Origin: Escherichia coli
GTDB taxonomy: Bacteria; Pseudomonadota; Gammaproteobacteria; Enterobacterales; Enterobacteriaceae
Direction: 5' to 3' (one strand)
DNA: 64,000 nt
Assembly (NCBI RefSeq): GCF_003334385.1
Contig: NZ_QOWN01000007.1
A program made the position numbers and the translations under genes. Below the pieces are notes generated by a model. It was given only the letters and a program-made list of their open reading frames with translations. It was not told the DNA's origin and did no database searches. Shown here in pieces: positions 1 through 9,294 of the stretch (within the stretch, counting starts at the first letter, position 1; each line of letters starts with the position of its first letter).

Positions 1-128
1 TTATCGTGAGAGTAATTCATCGGCACGTTAAATCATATCAGGCGTAATACCACAACCCTTAAGTTAGCGCTTATGGGCTTATCACCCTCTGGCACTACGA
101 TGCATCGGACCGTATCACACACCGCACA

Positions 129-2243
129 GTGAACGGCGAACCGGCAGAGCAGTGGCGGTATAACGACCACGGCTGGCTGACAGAAATCAGCCATCTCAGC
201 GAAGGCCACCGGGTGGCGGTGCATTACGGTTATAACCGTAAGGGACGTCTCACAGGCGAGCGCCAGACGGTACATCACCCGGAGACGGGGGAACTGCTCT
301 GGCAGCATGAGACGAAACACACTTACAACGAGCAGGGGCTGGCAAACCGCTTTCAGGCAGACAGCCTGCCACCGGTGGAGTGGCTAACGTATGGCAGCGG
401 TTACCTGGCGGGAATGAAACTGGGCGACACGCCGCTGGTGGAGTACACACGGGACAGACTGCACCGGGAAACGGTGCGCAGCTTCGGCAATAATGCATAT
501 GAACTGACCAGCACATACACTCACGCAGGCCGGTTACAGAATCAGCACCTGAACAGCCTGGTGTATGACCGTGACTATGGCTGGAATGACAATGGCGACC
601 TGGTGCGCATCAGCGGCCCGCGGCAGACGCGGGAATACGGCTACAGTGCCACGGGCAGGCTGGAGAGTGTGCGCACCCTCGCACCGGACCTGGATATCCG
701 CATCCCGTATGCCTCCGACCCGGCGGGAAACCGCCTGCCGGACCCGGAGCTGCACCCGGACAGTACACTCACGGCGTGGCCGGATAACCGAATCACCGAA
801 GACGCGCACTACCTGTACCGCTATGACAGGTATGGCAGGCTGACGGAGAAGACGGACCGCATCCCGACGGGTGTGATACGGACGGACGACGAGCGGACCC
901 ACCACTACCACTACGACAGCCAGCACCGGCTGGTGTTTTATACGCGGATACAGCATGAGGAGCCACTGGTCGAGAGCCGCTATCTCTACGACCCGCTGGG
1001 CCGCCGGACGGGGAAACGGGTGTGGCGTCGCGAGCGTGATCTGACAGGATGGATGTCGCTGTCGCGTAAACCGGAGGTGACGTGGTACGGATGGGACGGC
1101 GACCGGCTGACGACGGTACAGACCGACACCACGCGTATCCAGACGGTATATCAGCCGGGGAGCTTCGCGCCGCTCATCCGCATCGAGACAGAGAACGGCG
1201 AACTGGATAAAGCGCAGCGGCGCAGCCTGGTGGAGAAGTTACAGCAGGAAGGGAGTGAGGACGGTCACGGTGTGGTGTTCCCGGTGGAACTGGTGAGGAT
1301 GCTGGACAGGCTGGAGGGGGAAATCCGGGCAGACCGCGTGAGCAGTGAGAGCCGGGCGTGGCTGGCGCAGTGCGGGCTGACGGTGGAGCGGCTGGCGGCA
1401 CAGATAGAGCCGGTTTATTTACCTGAGCGAAAAGTTCACCTTTATCACTGCGACCACCGGGGACTGCCGCTGGCGCTCATCAGCGAAGACGGCAATACGA
1501 TGTGGAGCGCGGAGTATGATGAGTGGGGAAACCTGTTGAATGAGGAGAACCCGCATCACCTGTACCAGCCGTACCGCCTGCCGGGGCAGCAGTACGATGA
1601 TGAATCGGGGCTGTGCTATAACCGTAACCGGTACTACGATCCGCTGCAGGGCAGGTATATCACCCAGGATCCAATCGGGCTGAGTGGCGGGTGGAATTTA
1701 TACCAATATCCTCTCAATCCGGTTCATAAAGTGGATCCTTTGGGGTTATCAGCATGGGATGATGCAAAATCTGGTGCGTGTCATGAAGGAATTTGCCGAC
1801 TGTTTTCTGTTTTCATTGGCCCGGATAAATTCGATAGCACCGATGATGCGGCATTCGAAGCATTAAAAAAAACAAATGGACATTCAATATGCCAAGGTGT
1901 TGAACATGCAGGCTTAGTGTGTAAGGATAAAAATAATAAATATTTCTATACGCCACCTAAACAGGGAAATGTGAATACATCTTATCCTTTTGAAAGTCCA
2001 TGTCCTAATGGAACAGAAACAGTTGCTATGTACCATACACACGGTTCAGATAGTAATGGAGTGTATGGAGATGAAGTTTTTTCTCCGGCTGACAAGGAAT
2101 TATCTAAAAATAAAGCTATTTCGAGTTACCTTGGTACACCTAAAGGTTCATTCCAGAAAGTAGAACCAAATGGTGATCAGCCAATGAATAAATCTGGTTT
2201 ACCAAGTCAGTGTAGAGTACATGCAAATGGAGAAATATATTAA
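129..2243 (+). CDS. Rhs family protein, 5'-truncated fragment: YD-repeat core end, DPxGL boundary (VDPLGL at 1731-1748) and a Cys-rich C-terminal toxin domain. Frame is open from nt 63; first in-frame start is GTG at 129
   Basis: YD-repeat text ([23 protein letters not shown]), conserved PxxxxDPxGL core end, then a low-GC variable tail with 8 Cys and an HTH...SPAD motif. All three forward frames have stops within nt 1-62, so it is not contiguous with upstream coding sequence. Confidence 0.8.
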   Translation: MNGEPAEQWRYNDHGWLTEISHLSEGHRVAVHYGYNRKGRLTGERQTVHHPETGELLWQHETKHTYNEQGLANRFQADSLPPVEWLTYGSGYLAGMKLGDTPLVEYTRDRLHRETVRSFGNNAYELTSTYTHAGRLQNQHLNSLVYDRDYGWNDNGDLVRISGPRQTREYGYSATGRLESVRTLAPDLDIRIPYASDPAGNRLPDPELHPDSTLTAWPDNRITEDAHYLYRYDRYGRLTEKTDRIPTGVIRTDDERTHHYHYDSQHRLVFYTRIQHEEPLVESRYLYDPLGRRTGKRVWRRERDLTGWMSLSRKPEVTWYGWDGDRLTTVQTDTTRIQTVYQPGSFAPLIRIETENGELDKAQRRSLVEKLQQEGSEDGHGVVFPVELVRMLDRLEGEIRADRVSSESRAWLAQCGLTVERLAAQIEPVYLPERKVHLYHCDHRGLPLALISEDGNTMWSAEYDEWGNLLNEENPHHLYQPYRLPGQQYDDESGLCYNRNRYYDPLQGRYITQDPIGLSGGWNLYQYPLNPVHKVDPLGLSAWDDAKSGACHEGICRLFSVFIGPDKFDSTDDAAFEALKKTNGHSICQGVEHAGLVCKDKNNKYFYTPPKQGNVNTSYPFESPCPNGTETVAMYHTHGSDSNGVYGDEVFSPADKELSKNKAISSYLGTPKGSFQKVEPNGDQPMNKSGLPSQCRVHANGEIY

Positions 2244-2575
2244 TGAAAGTTATGATTATATTAATGTTATCAATACTTCCATTGTTACCAAGTTTTTCTC
2301 ATGGTGAATCGGCGGAATGTTCCCTTGAAAACTCAGACAGTAAGAGTAATTATTTCGTTGGAAATAAGGAATTAGTAGGTAAATTAGCAGAAATATATGT
2401 AGAGGACCGCTATGGCAAAGATAATGCCATGCGAGAGAAACCTTATCATATTAGCGATAAAGGTAACTTTTGGCAGGTAAGTGGAAACATAGACCCTAAT
2501 GCAACGGGAGGTGTTTTTGTAATAAAAATAGATAAGGTAAACGGGAGAATCATATCATTTACTCATGGGAAATGA
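2243..2575 (+). CDS. Putative Rhs immunity protein with N-terminal signal peptide ([21 protein letters not shown])
   Basis: Small AT-rich ORF whose start overlaps the rhs stop (TAATG); hydrophobic leader; position typical of rhsI genes. No recognisable family. Confidence 0.45.
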   Translation: MKVMIILMLSILPLLPSFSHGESAECSLENSDSKSNYFVGNKELVGKLAEIYVEDRYGKDNAMREKPYHISDKGNFWQVSGNIDPNATGGVFVIKIDKVNGRIISFTHGK

Positions 2576-2593
2576 TTTTTTTGTGCACAGAAA

Positions 2594-2622
2594 TGATCAG
2601 GCCATAGCACATGTCCTGATCA
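2594..2622. terminator. Hairpin (tgatcagg ... cctgatca) flanked by T-run and A-run, between the convergent immunity gene and the 708-aa ORF
   Basis: Inverted repeat read directly from sequence. Confidence 0.4.
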
Positions 2623-2651
2623 AAAATAACCCACGTTAAACGCTGATAAAA

Positions 2652-4778
2652 TTAGTTATGCAGCATCAGACGCGATATTTTTTCCAGAAGAGATGTCTGA
2701 CTGACTTCATTATAGCGTGTGGTATCGTAAGTTAAAGTTCGCAACAATAATTCAGTTGCTGGTTGCGCCATCACATCAACCTCTTTACCGTCAAATGTTG
2801 TCGCCACCAGATTATAAACTAAGGTTGCTCTGTCCATAATCTGGTTGGGCTGGTTACTTTTAGTACAAAAAAGTAATGCTTCATTACCTCGTTTTTCAAT
2901 AAAGAGTTGTTGATACTGGCTGACAGCATGACTTTTAGGTTTTGGCGTTAAATAGTAAGGCAAACATGTTTTATCCGCTGCACCAAATTTATTAATTTTA
3001 TCATGATTATCTTCTGCTACCTGAAGAGAACAACGCTCTGCAGAACCTAATAATCTCGGAATACGAACAGTATTGTATCGCTTAATCACAACCTGATTTA
3101 TTGTATCAACAAGATAGAAATTATCATCACGCAATTTATCAATACAGTTGATATTCATCCCTGGAACATTATTACGGAAATCGTTCTCATCGGTATACAT
3201 TTTCGGCTCTGCGATGTTCATTACGCCATGGCTGAATACTACCGGCGTAGCAACGCCATAAAAATCATTCCCTCTTCTGTTTCCGGAAGAGGAACACCGA
3301 ATTGAGACAAGAATATACTCACCATCGTTAATGCTAAAACCGGTAAGTTTCTTTCTCACCAGCACAGCTTCTTTTAGCCAGAGTTCGCTGCGAATCATTT
3401 CCAACTTAGCGACAGACACAGGATTAAGAACTTTTTTAACCACCAGGGTAACAGGATCTTTTTTATTCTGCTCTATGGCTTCAATATTACATCCCTGAAA
3501 AACTCGCTGATGATTTTTTTCAAAATCAAGGATAAAATCTACTTTTAGCCTTGAATAATAATCTAACAGACCTTTTTTACCCGCTTTTGCCTCATTCAGT
3601 GCCTGCCAGGTAGAGTTTAAAAAGGTATCTTCACCAAGGGAAATGCTGGACCCATTTATTTTTTTAGACTGATTCAGTACCAGATAGTTAACATCTTTAT
3701 CAAGATCAATAAGTTCCCGAGGTGAAATTATATCTACTGCATCTAATTCTTTTTTCAGATAGTGAATAAATCGTTGGTGCGCTTCTGGTTCTTCGCCATT
3801 ATCAAGATTGTCTATAATAACTAACGGGCGCTGAAGTGTTTTGATATTGGTCGTTAAAAAGTCTAACTGACTGTGGGTTGCACAAAAAACACGTGGTGAA
3901 AAAGCGATGTCAGCCTGAGACAGTATATCACCAAGCACGTTCTGAACCAGATTTTCTGCATGATTTTTGCACCCAGAATAAGCTTTACTGGCAAAACGCA
4001 TATAGGGCATTTTCCGGTATTTTCTACCATCTACTTTCTCAAGCAACTGCAATGATTTTTTGCCCTTAATCAGAATCCGACCATAATCGCTGAGTACACC
4101 AAGCTCTTCCGCTTTAGCTCTGAAGCAGATCCCTTTCAGGGTAAAAGTGAGGTCGCCATAATCCGGGCTGTAAAAGAGATCACTTTGCAATGCATCGACG
4201 TAATAGTTTCCTCTTTTGTCTGGCTCTTCTTTTTGTACGACGGCACCCAGAAAAATTTCGCTATTATAGGCCCCATGACTCACCTCAAAATACTTCCCGG
4301 CATTATCTAAAAAATGTAGTTTCAGACGCAGTCCGAGCACAGTTTGAGCAATTTTATATTGATCAAAGCCTTTTATTTTGAGTTCATTAACCCATTGATG
4401 ATACGGGCGAGCATCAGGTGACAGAAACATCACAAGATAGCTGTTTCCTTTTCTTAACGTTTGATACTGGAACTCCCTGTTATTCTTCGTTCCCAATTTT
4501 AACGATAATATATTTTGAATTTCTCTGTGCAATTCAATAAAAAAATCATCCCATTTCATGGAGTATTCTTTTACCTTGGTGATACAGATAGCATCAATTC
4601 CCCAACCATTTGTCGAGGGTAATTGTAAAAGTTTTTCCAACATTACATCTGCAGTATCATGGATATCAAAGAGCTGTGTTCGTGCTTTAGGTGCATAATC
4701 TGGAGGCTGAAGCCCCCATTCGGCAGCCATCACAACATCCGTTTCGTTATGCTGTTGACTTTCAGTTACATCAGTCAT
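2652..4778 (-). CDS. Hypothetical protein, 708 aa, second gene of the AT-rich two-gene operon; function unknown
   Basis: Long uninterrupted ORF; ATG overlaps the upstream gene's stop (ATGACTGA) with AGGAG 8 nt upstream; no motif I can assign by eye. Confidence 0.6.
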   Translation of the reverse strand: MTDVTESQQHNETDVVMAAEWGLQPPDYAPKARTQLFDIHDTADVMLEKLLQLPSTNGWGIDAICITKVKEYSMKWDDFFIELHREIQNILSLKLGTKNNREFQYQTLRKGNSYLVMFLSPDARPYHQWVNELKIKGFDQYKIAQTVLGLRLKLHFLDNAGKYFEVSHGAYNSEIFLGAVVQKEEPDKRGNYYVDALQSDLFYSPDYGDLTFTLKGICFRAKAEELGVLSDYGRILIKGKKSLQLLEKVDGRKYRKMPYMRFASKAYSGCKNHAENLVQNVLGDILSQADIAFSPRVFCATHSQLDFLTTNIKTLQRPLVIIDNLDNGEEPEAHQRFIHYLKKELDAVDIISPRELIDLDKDVNYLVLNQSKKINGSSISLGEDTFLNSTWQALNEAKAGKKGLLDYYSRLKVDFILDFEKNHQRVFQGCNIEAIEQNKKDPVTLVVKKVLNPVSVAKLEMIRSELWLKEAVLVRKKLTGFSINDGEYILVSIRCSSSGNRRGNDFYGVATPVVFSHGVMNIAEPKMYTDENDFRNNVPGMNINCIDKLRDDNFYLVDTINQVVIKRYNTVRIPRLLGSAERCSLQVAEDNHDKINKFGAADKTCLPYYLTPKPKSHAVSQYQQLFIEKRGNEALLFCTKSNQPNQIMDRATLVYNLVATTFDGKEVDVMAQPATELLLRTLTYDTTRYNEVSQTSLLEKISRLMLHN

Positions 4779-7700
4779 AATTCGCTCCTAAAAGATTAAG
4801 TAAGTATTGATTTACTCTTAATTCTGATTTTATTTTTGCATCATAAGGATTTTTGCCATTATCTTTTTCATAAGATGAAATATTTTTAAAAAGGTTATAA
4901 TAACAGACGCCCTTATGGTTAGAATGTTCGGCACGAATGTTGAGGCTGTTTAAAGCATATCGAGTATTAAGATAAACAACGTCAACACCATCAAACTGTG
5001 TTTTTGCTGTAATGATTTTCTGCAACTCACTGACTTTCCCCAATGAGTTATTATGCATTTTTTTCGCTAATTGTCGGTTATTTCCTTGCATTCGCCAGTT
5101 TTTTACATCGATTGCAACAATCCGGTTCTTGTTAATGCAATACACATCAAACAACTCATAACAAGAGCTATCCAGATAGTACGATAGCTCTTGTGGTGGG
5201 ATCAGCGTAATATTCATTTCCTGGAGAATCAGGTGTAATTGCCATTCACCAATATTGCCAATCAAAAGTGGCAACAATGAAGGAATGGGGATGTATTGTT
5301 GTAAAGGCGTGGCATCTAATCCCAGAATCTTCGCAAAAATACGCTGTTCAGTTCCGGATGACTCTTCAGCCATGGCTTCATGATATTGGGGTAAACAATA
5401 TTCCGGTTTGTATGGATTTGCTCCAGCTGAAATATCTGTTAATCCATAACCATCTAAGGTTTTAGCCAGTATTACATTTTCCCAATCGGCAGTACGCTCC
5501 AGATAAAAATGGCTTACACAGTCGCTAAGGTAAGCATTTTTCTTAATAATCGCGTTGCGTTTAAGACGTTTTATATATGACTGAGGATCGGTAAAACTGT
5601 CCCGGTGACGTAATGCTTCATTTAACTCAATTGCATCTCGATCACCTTGTCTTGCCAGTGGCAAAATTTTATTTTTCAGTTCAGCTTCAAAGTCGCTATA
5701 CATATCTATTGCTTTAGCAACTTTATTTTCAAATTCGCTACGTTGACTATCGGAAGAAAAGCTGGCTTTTAATAAATCCTCTTTTGAGCGTTTGAACCAT
5801 AGATGGTTATGCAGACTCAGGGAAGCAAGTAACGATTGTGCATTTGGATGACGATCCAAATCTCGAAAAACACACAATGCATTATGATGAACACCAGAAG
5901 GTAAACGAATAATCCCATTCATTTGGGCATCACGCCGTTCTGTACGGCCAATAGTTTGCATAGCAATTTTATGAAGCTCGACGGTATGTTCAGTATTCAG
6001 CAATTGGGCCGCATCAGAATCAACTAGATCCGTATCGAAATCACCAACCTGACGAGGTACACTTCCATGAGCATAATGCTTGAGTAAGGTAATATAATTT
6101 TCCAGCGTGTTTCGCGATGGAGTTGCATTAATCTGACTCCAGTAGCTACCGCAGACCATTGCTAATTCATCAAAGTCGATTTGTTCTAAATCTGCTTCTA
6201 CAGGTTCTGACGGTGCCGGATAAGTGACATAATAATTAAGCCCTGTCCCGGCCCCCTGGAAATGGGAAACCATGCATATTGCTAAATTTTGGTGATCGAT
6301 TTGCAGATAGTCTCTTACCGGATCTTCCCGGTTGAGTTTTGAATCAAACATGACGACACGCAATCTATGCCGCTCAGCAAAAGGGGTGATTTCAAATACT
6401 CGAGGTAAATCATTCCCCCGACGTGTTTCATTGTCAAGAATGGTAACCCCACGATAGGGATTTGCACTTAACTTATTGGCACGAAGAAAATTCCCGATAA
6501 TCGCAAAAAAACGGCTACTGATCCCGATACATAAAATGTGCCGACCAGTATAAGCAGCAAGTAACATACATTGTAACTGGCGATGAAACTCTCGTTTATG
6601 ATAGCGATTAAACTGAACTGCTTTAGAGTATGGTTCGAGCATTTTGAGCCAGAAACGATATGCATTCCTGAACTCAGACTCCTCGTTTTGTGGTAAAAAC
6701 TCTAGTACCTGATCGTCAAATACCTCCAACGCTACAGATCGATGAAGGTTTCTGTTGTCACGGATCGTCGACAAGGGCGAGGCAGAATCAACATCCCGCT
6801 GCCTGATGCGATAGTTCAACTCACGAGCGTATTTATCCAGAAACGGGCGGCTGTATTGCCCATTATACGTTGTAGGAAATCCTGCTGTAGCAGACAGCAA
6901 AATAATAGTATTACGCGTATTATAAAGCACACGTAATAATGCTATTTCAGGTAACTCCTTAATTAACTCCATCCGAAATTTGAGTAATACCCAACCCCTC
7001 AGTTGTTCAGCCTCAATTCTTACCTGTTCACGTGGCGAAAGGGAAAACAATGTCTTGGGTTGAAAATAGGTAAAAAAATCATCTATCAACTGTTCTTTCT
7101 GAGGCTCACTGGAAGATAAATGAACTATATCTCCTTTAATACTTTGGGCTTTACGAATGAAAACTGATAATGGGTTATTCTGATTTGCCATCTCCTGCTG
7201 TGCCAGCAAATCGCAGACATGTTTGGGTGTTTCCAACCGGGCAGAGGCTAATAATAGAGCAGTCAGTGTCTGATACAGTTCATATAAGTTAAATTCATCT
7301 GGAACTTTTTTGTCATCTTCAGAAACATAGACTTCAGTGTATGAATGACGCCCGTGACTACGTAAATGAATACGACGAAGGTCTGACTCACGGTAAAATC
7401 GCTGAATCTGATAACTGAAAATATTACCAATTAACGCGATAACCTGCTCAGCATTACGACTATCGACGACGATATCAAGCAAACTATTTCTAAAGAGTCT
7501 GGTCAGCTTCTTAAGATCGAAATCAGGTCGTAAATCACATTGTAATAAAGCTTTGTTGATCTCATCGACATAATTTTTCAGAGGGGTATACCCTGGTGCT
7601 CTTTCATCTGAAGAACATTCATCCACATATTCCAGTACACGATGTAAAATTGCCAGTAACGAAGGAAGTTGCTGATCGTCGTTCATTAATGTCTGGCAAA

Positions 7701-8775
7701 CATTCTGCTGGAAGATACGGTAGGCTTCGTGCTCTTCGTCCAGAACTAATGTGAAACGAATATCACGTTGTGCAAAAGGTGAGTCTTCGTCGGTTATCCA
7801 ATATTGCTCTTTTAAGCTCTCAATTCGCTGTGGATTAGTCTGGTTAGCAATCTCGCCTAACGGATTCACTTTGAGGCCTTTTTTCTGGCCCAGAACGTGG
7901 TCCAGTTGTTGTGAACTCCGGTGATAGTCGCCTTCTTTATCGCGTTTCAGTAACAGCACACTGCCATCGAACTTTTTCGTTGTAGCCAGCAGGATACATC
8001 GGCGATACAGTGCAATCTGAAATGGGAAAAGATGTTTAACCATTTCCGTAGCCAGTGCATATCGAGGATTAGTCGCTTCCCCATCAAGTAAAACCGCCAG
8101 ATCCTGATTCAAGGCATTAAGCATCGCCACAGTCGCTTCCTGTAAGCGACCTGCTAAATGAAAACTATTGAGACGTAACTCATCCTCCAGACGTTTTTGT
8201 TCAAACGTTGCCCCTACTTTAATCTCTGTTTCCAGACGTACTTCCAAACTATTACGCGCATCAACTTCAGCTTTCAGGCGTTGAAAAATAAGCTGAATTT
8301 CACCCGACATCAATTCGTTGGCTTGCTTGATCCAGCGACGATAACGTTCCCGGTTTGTGGGTGTTTTCCCTTCAGGAGATTTGACCCATGACGTAAAACC
8401 AAGATCTGCGATATCCCCTTGCGAAAGATAAGGTAACAATTCAATCTTCTTATCTCGGGCGCGAGCGATGAGTTGTTCCGGGATGTCAATTTGTGATTTC
8501 AAGGGTGTGATAAACACCAGATTGCGATGACTATTGCCAGGGTTGATTGCTGGATTTACGCTTTCGATGTATTGAGCGAAAACGTTATAGCTTTTACCGC
8601 TCGCCGTACCATCCTGGGATTGAATCAGTAGTGGTGTATCTGCTTCGGTAAAAGCGTAAAACGTACCGGCCTGTTTTCTTGCTGCGGTAATGGCTTCTCT
8701 GACACTTTGTGGTAATGGAAGATGTCGAATGTTGTGATTTAGTTCGGATTGCATGTCTTCAATTCCTTCTGGCAC
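4771..8775 (-). CDS. Large hypothetical protein, 1334 aa: P-loop GTASGKS (res 56-62), Walker B-like LVLDEE (res 343-348), C-terminal PD-(D/E)xK-like motif (D1210 ... D1223-V-K1225). Start is GTG at 8775 or ATG at 8754
   Basis: 4 kb ORF in a low-GC region; motifs verified by back-translation of nt 8590-8610, 7729-7749 and 5101-5148. Confidence 0.6.
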   Translation of the reverse strand: MPEGIEDMQSELNHNIRHLPLPQSVREAITAARKQAGTFYAFTEADTPLLIQSQDGTASGKSYNVFAQYIESVNPAINPGNSHRNLVFITPLKSQIDIPEQLIARARDKKIELLPYLSQGDIADLGFTSWVKSPEGKTPTNRERYRRWIKQANELMSGEIQLIFQRLKAEVDARNSLEVRLETEIKVGATFEQKRLEDELRLNSFHLAGRLQEATVAMLNALNQDLAVLLDGEATNPRYALATEMVKHLFPFQIALYRRCILLATTKKFDGSVLLLKRDKEGDYHRSSQQLDHVLGQKKGLKVNPLGEIANQTNPQRIESLKEQYWITDEDSPFAQRDIRFTLVLDEEHEAYRIFQQNVCQTLMNDDQQLPSLLAILHRVLEYVDECSSDERAPGYTPLKNYVDEINKALLQCDLRPDFDLKKLTRLFRNSLLDIVVDSRNAEQVIALIGNIFSYQIQRFYRESDLRRIHLRSHGRHSYTEVYVSEDDKKVPDEFNLYELYQTLTALLLASARLETPKHVCDLLAQQEMANQNNPLSVFIRKAQSIKGDIVHLSSSEPQKEQLIDDFFTYFQPKTLFSLSPREQVRIEAEQLRGWVLLKFRMELIKELPEIALLRVLYNTRNTIILLSATAGFPTTYNGQYSRPFLDKYARELNYRIRQRDVDSASPLSTIRDNRNLHRSVALEVFDDQVLEFLPQNEESEFRNAYRFWLKMLEPYSKAVQFNRYHKREFHRQLQCMLLAAYTGRHILCIGISSRFFAIIGNFLRANKLSANPYRGVTILDNETRRGNDLPRVFEITPFAERHRLRVVMFDSKLNREDPVRDYLQIDHQNLAICMVSHFQGAGTGLNYYVTYPAPSEPVEADLEQIDFDELAMVCGSYWSQINATPSRNTLENYITLLKHYAHGSVPRQVGDFDTDLVDSDAAQLLNTEHTVELHKIAMQTIGRTERRDAQMNGIIRLPSGVHHNALCVFRDLDRHPNAQSLLASLSLHNHLWFKRSKEDLLKASFSSDSQRSEFENKVAKAIDMYSDFEAELKNKILPLARQGDRDAIELNEALRHRDSFTDPQSYIKRLKRNAIIKKNAYLSDCVSHFYLERTADWENVILAKTLDGYGLTDISAGANPYKPEYCLPQYHEAMAEESSGTEQRIFAKILGLDATPLQQYIPIPSLLPLLIGNIGEWQLHLILQEMNITLIPPQELSYYLDSSCYELFDVYCINKNRIVAIDVKNWRMQGNNRQLAKKMHNNSLGKVSELQKIITAKTQFDGVDVVYLNTRYALNSLNIRAEHSNHKGVCYYNLFKNISSYEKDNGKNPYDAKIKSELRVNQYLLNLLGANYD

Positions 8776-9219
8776 AACTGCATTTTGAAAATCGGGTATG
8801 GACGTATTAACGCACCAAACACAGCGTTAAAGGGCTATGTGAAATACTCGCTGAGACGGCTTGTATTCGAAAGGTGGTACGGGCACTTATTATGCTACGC
8901 CCAATCGCAACCGTTATGGTAGTTAAGTGCGTATTTTACCTGACATTATGCAAACGTCAGAAACTTAATCCCATATTTTTATATGGTTAAAAATTCATGT
9001 CTGCTGCTGATTGATTTGCTTCGAATTGGTTCATATCTCACCGCTAAGCTACGTCTGGATATGCGGGCAAATATGGTATAGATGATATGCTGGTTCATTG
9101 TACTTGGCTTGCATGACGGAAGGAAAAGTCAGTAGTAAAAAGGTGGTCATTCTGGAGGTCTTGACAAACAGGGAATTCAGGTTTAGCTTACTTATTAGCC
9201 AGTTACTGGCAAAGGCGAT

Positions 9220-9236
9220 CCCAGTCAGAGGAGCCA
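9220..9236 (+). repeat. Direct copy of the tRNA-Asn 3' end (cCCAGTCAGAGGAGCCA) without the rest of the tRNA; att-like island boundary scar
   Basis: 16-17 nt identical to the 3' acceptor/T-arm end of E. coli tRNA-Asn as I recall it; no full tRNA nearby. Confidence 0.5.
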
Positions 9237-9241
9237 AATTC

Positions 9242-9270
9242 AAAAAAGCCTGCTTTCTAGCAGGCTTTTT
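9242..9270. terminator. Bidirectional rho-independent terminator (A-run, gcctgc/gcaggc stem, T-run) downstream of the minus-strand PTS operon
   Basis: Perfect 6-bp stem with flanking A6/T5 runs. Confidence 0.55.
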
Positions 9271-9294
9271 GCTTTCTAATTACCAACTCTTTGG

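Noticed and set aside
33-320. 95-aa minus-strand ORF at the window start
   Set aside because: It lies antisense to the well-supported Rhs reading frame and has GC-rich, repeat-driven open-frame character typical of spurious ORFs.
2652-4778. Catalytically inactive Argonaute/PIWI-like core in the 708-aa protein (YILVSIRCSSSG ... YGVATPVVFS, LPYYL near the C-terminus)
   Set aside because: The resemblance rests on short degenerate patterns without the DEDX residues, and I cannot verify it without profile or structure searches; kept only as something to test.
4771-8775. SF2/DExH helicase assignment for the large protein from the tripeptides DEEH (res 346-349) and SAT (res 628-630)
   Set aside because: The candidate motifs I, II and III are each about 280-290 residues apart, far from the compact spacing of helicase cores; DEEH is better read as a Walker B, and SAT is probably coincidental.
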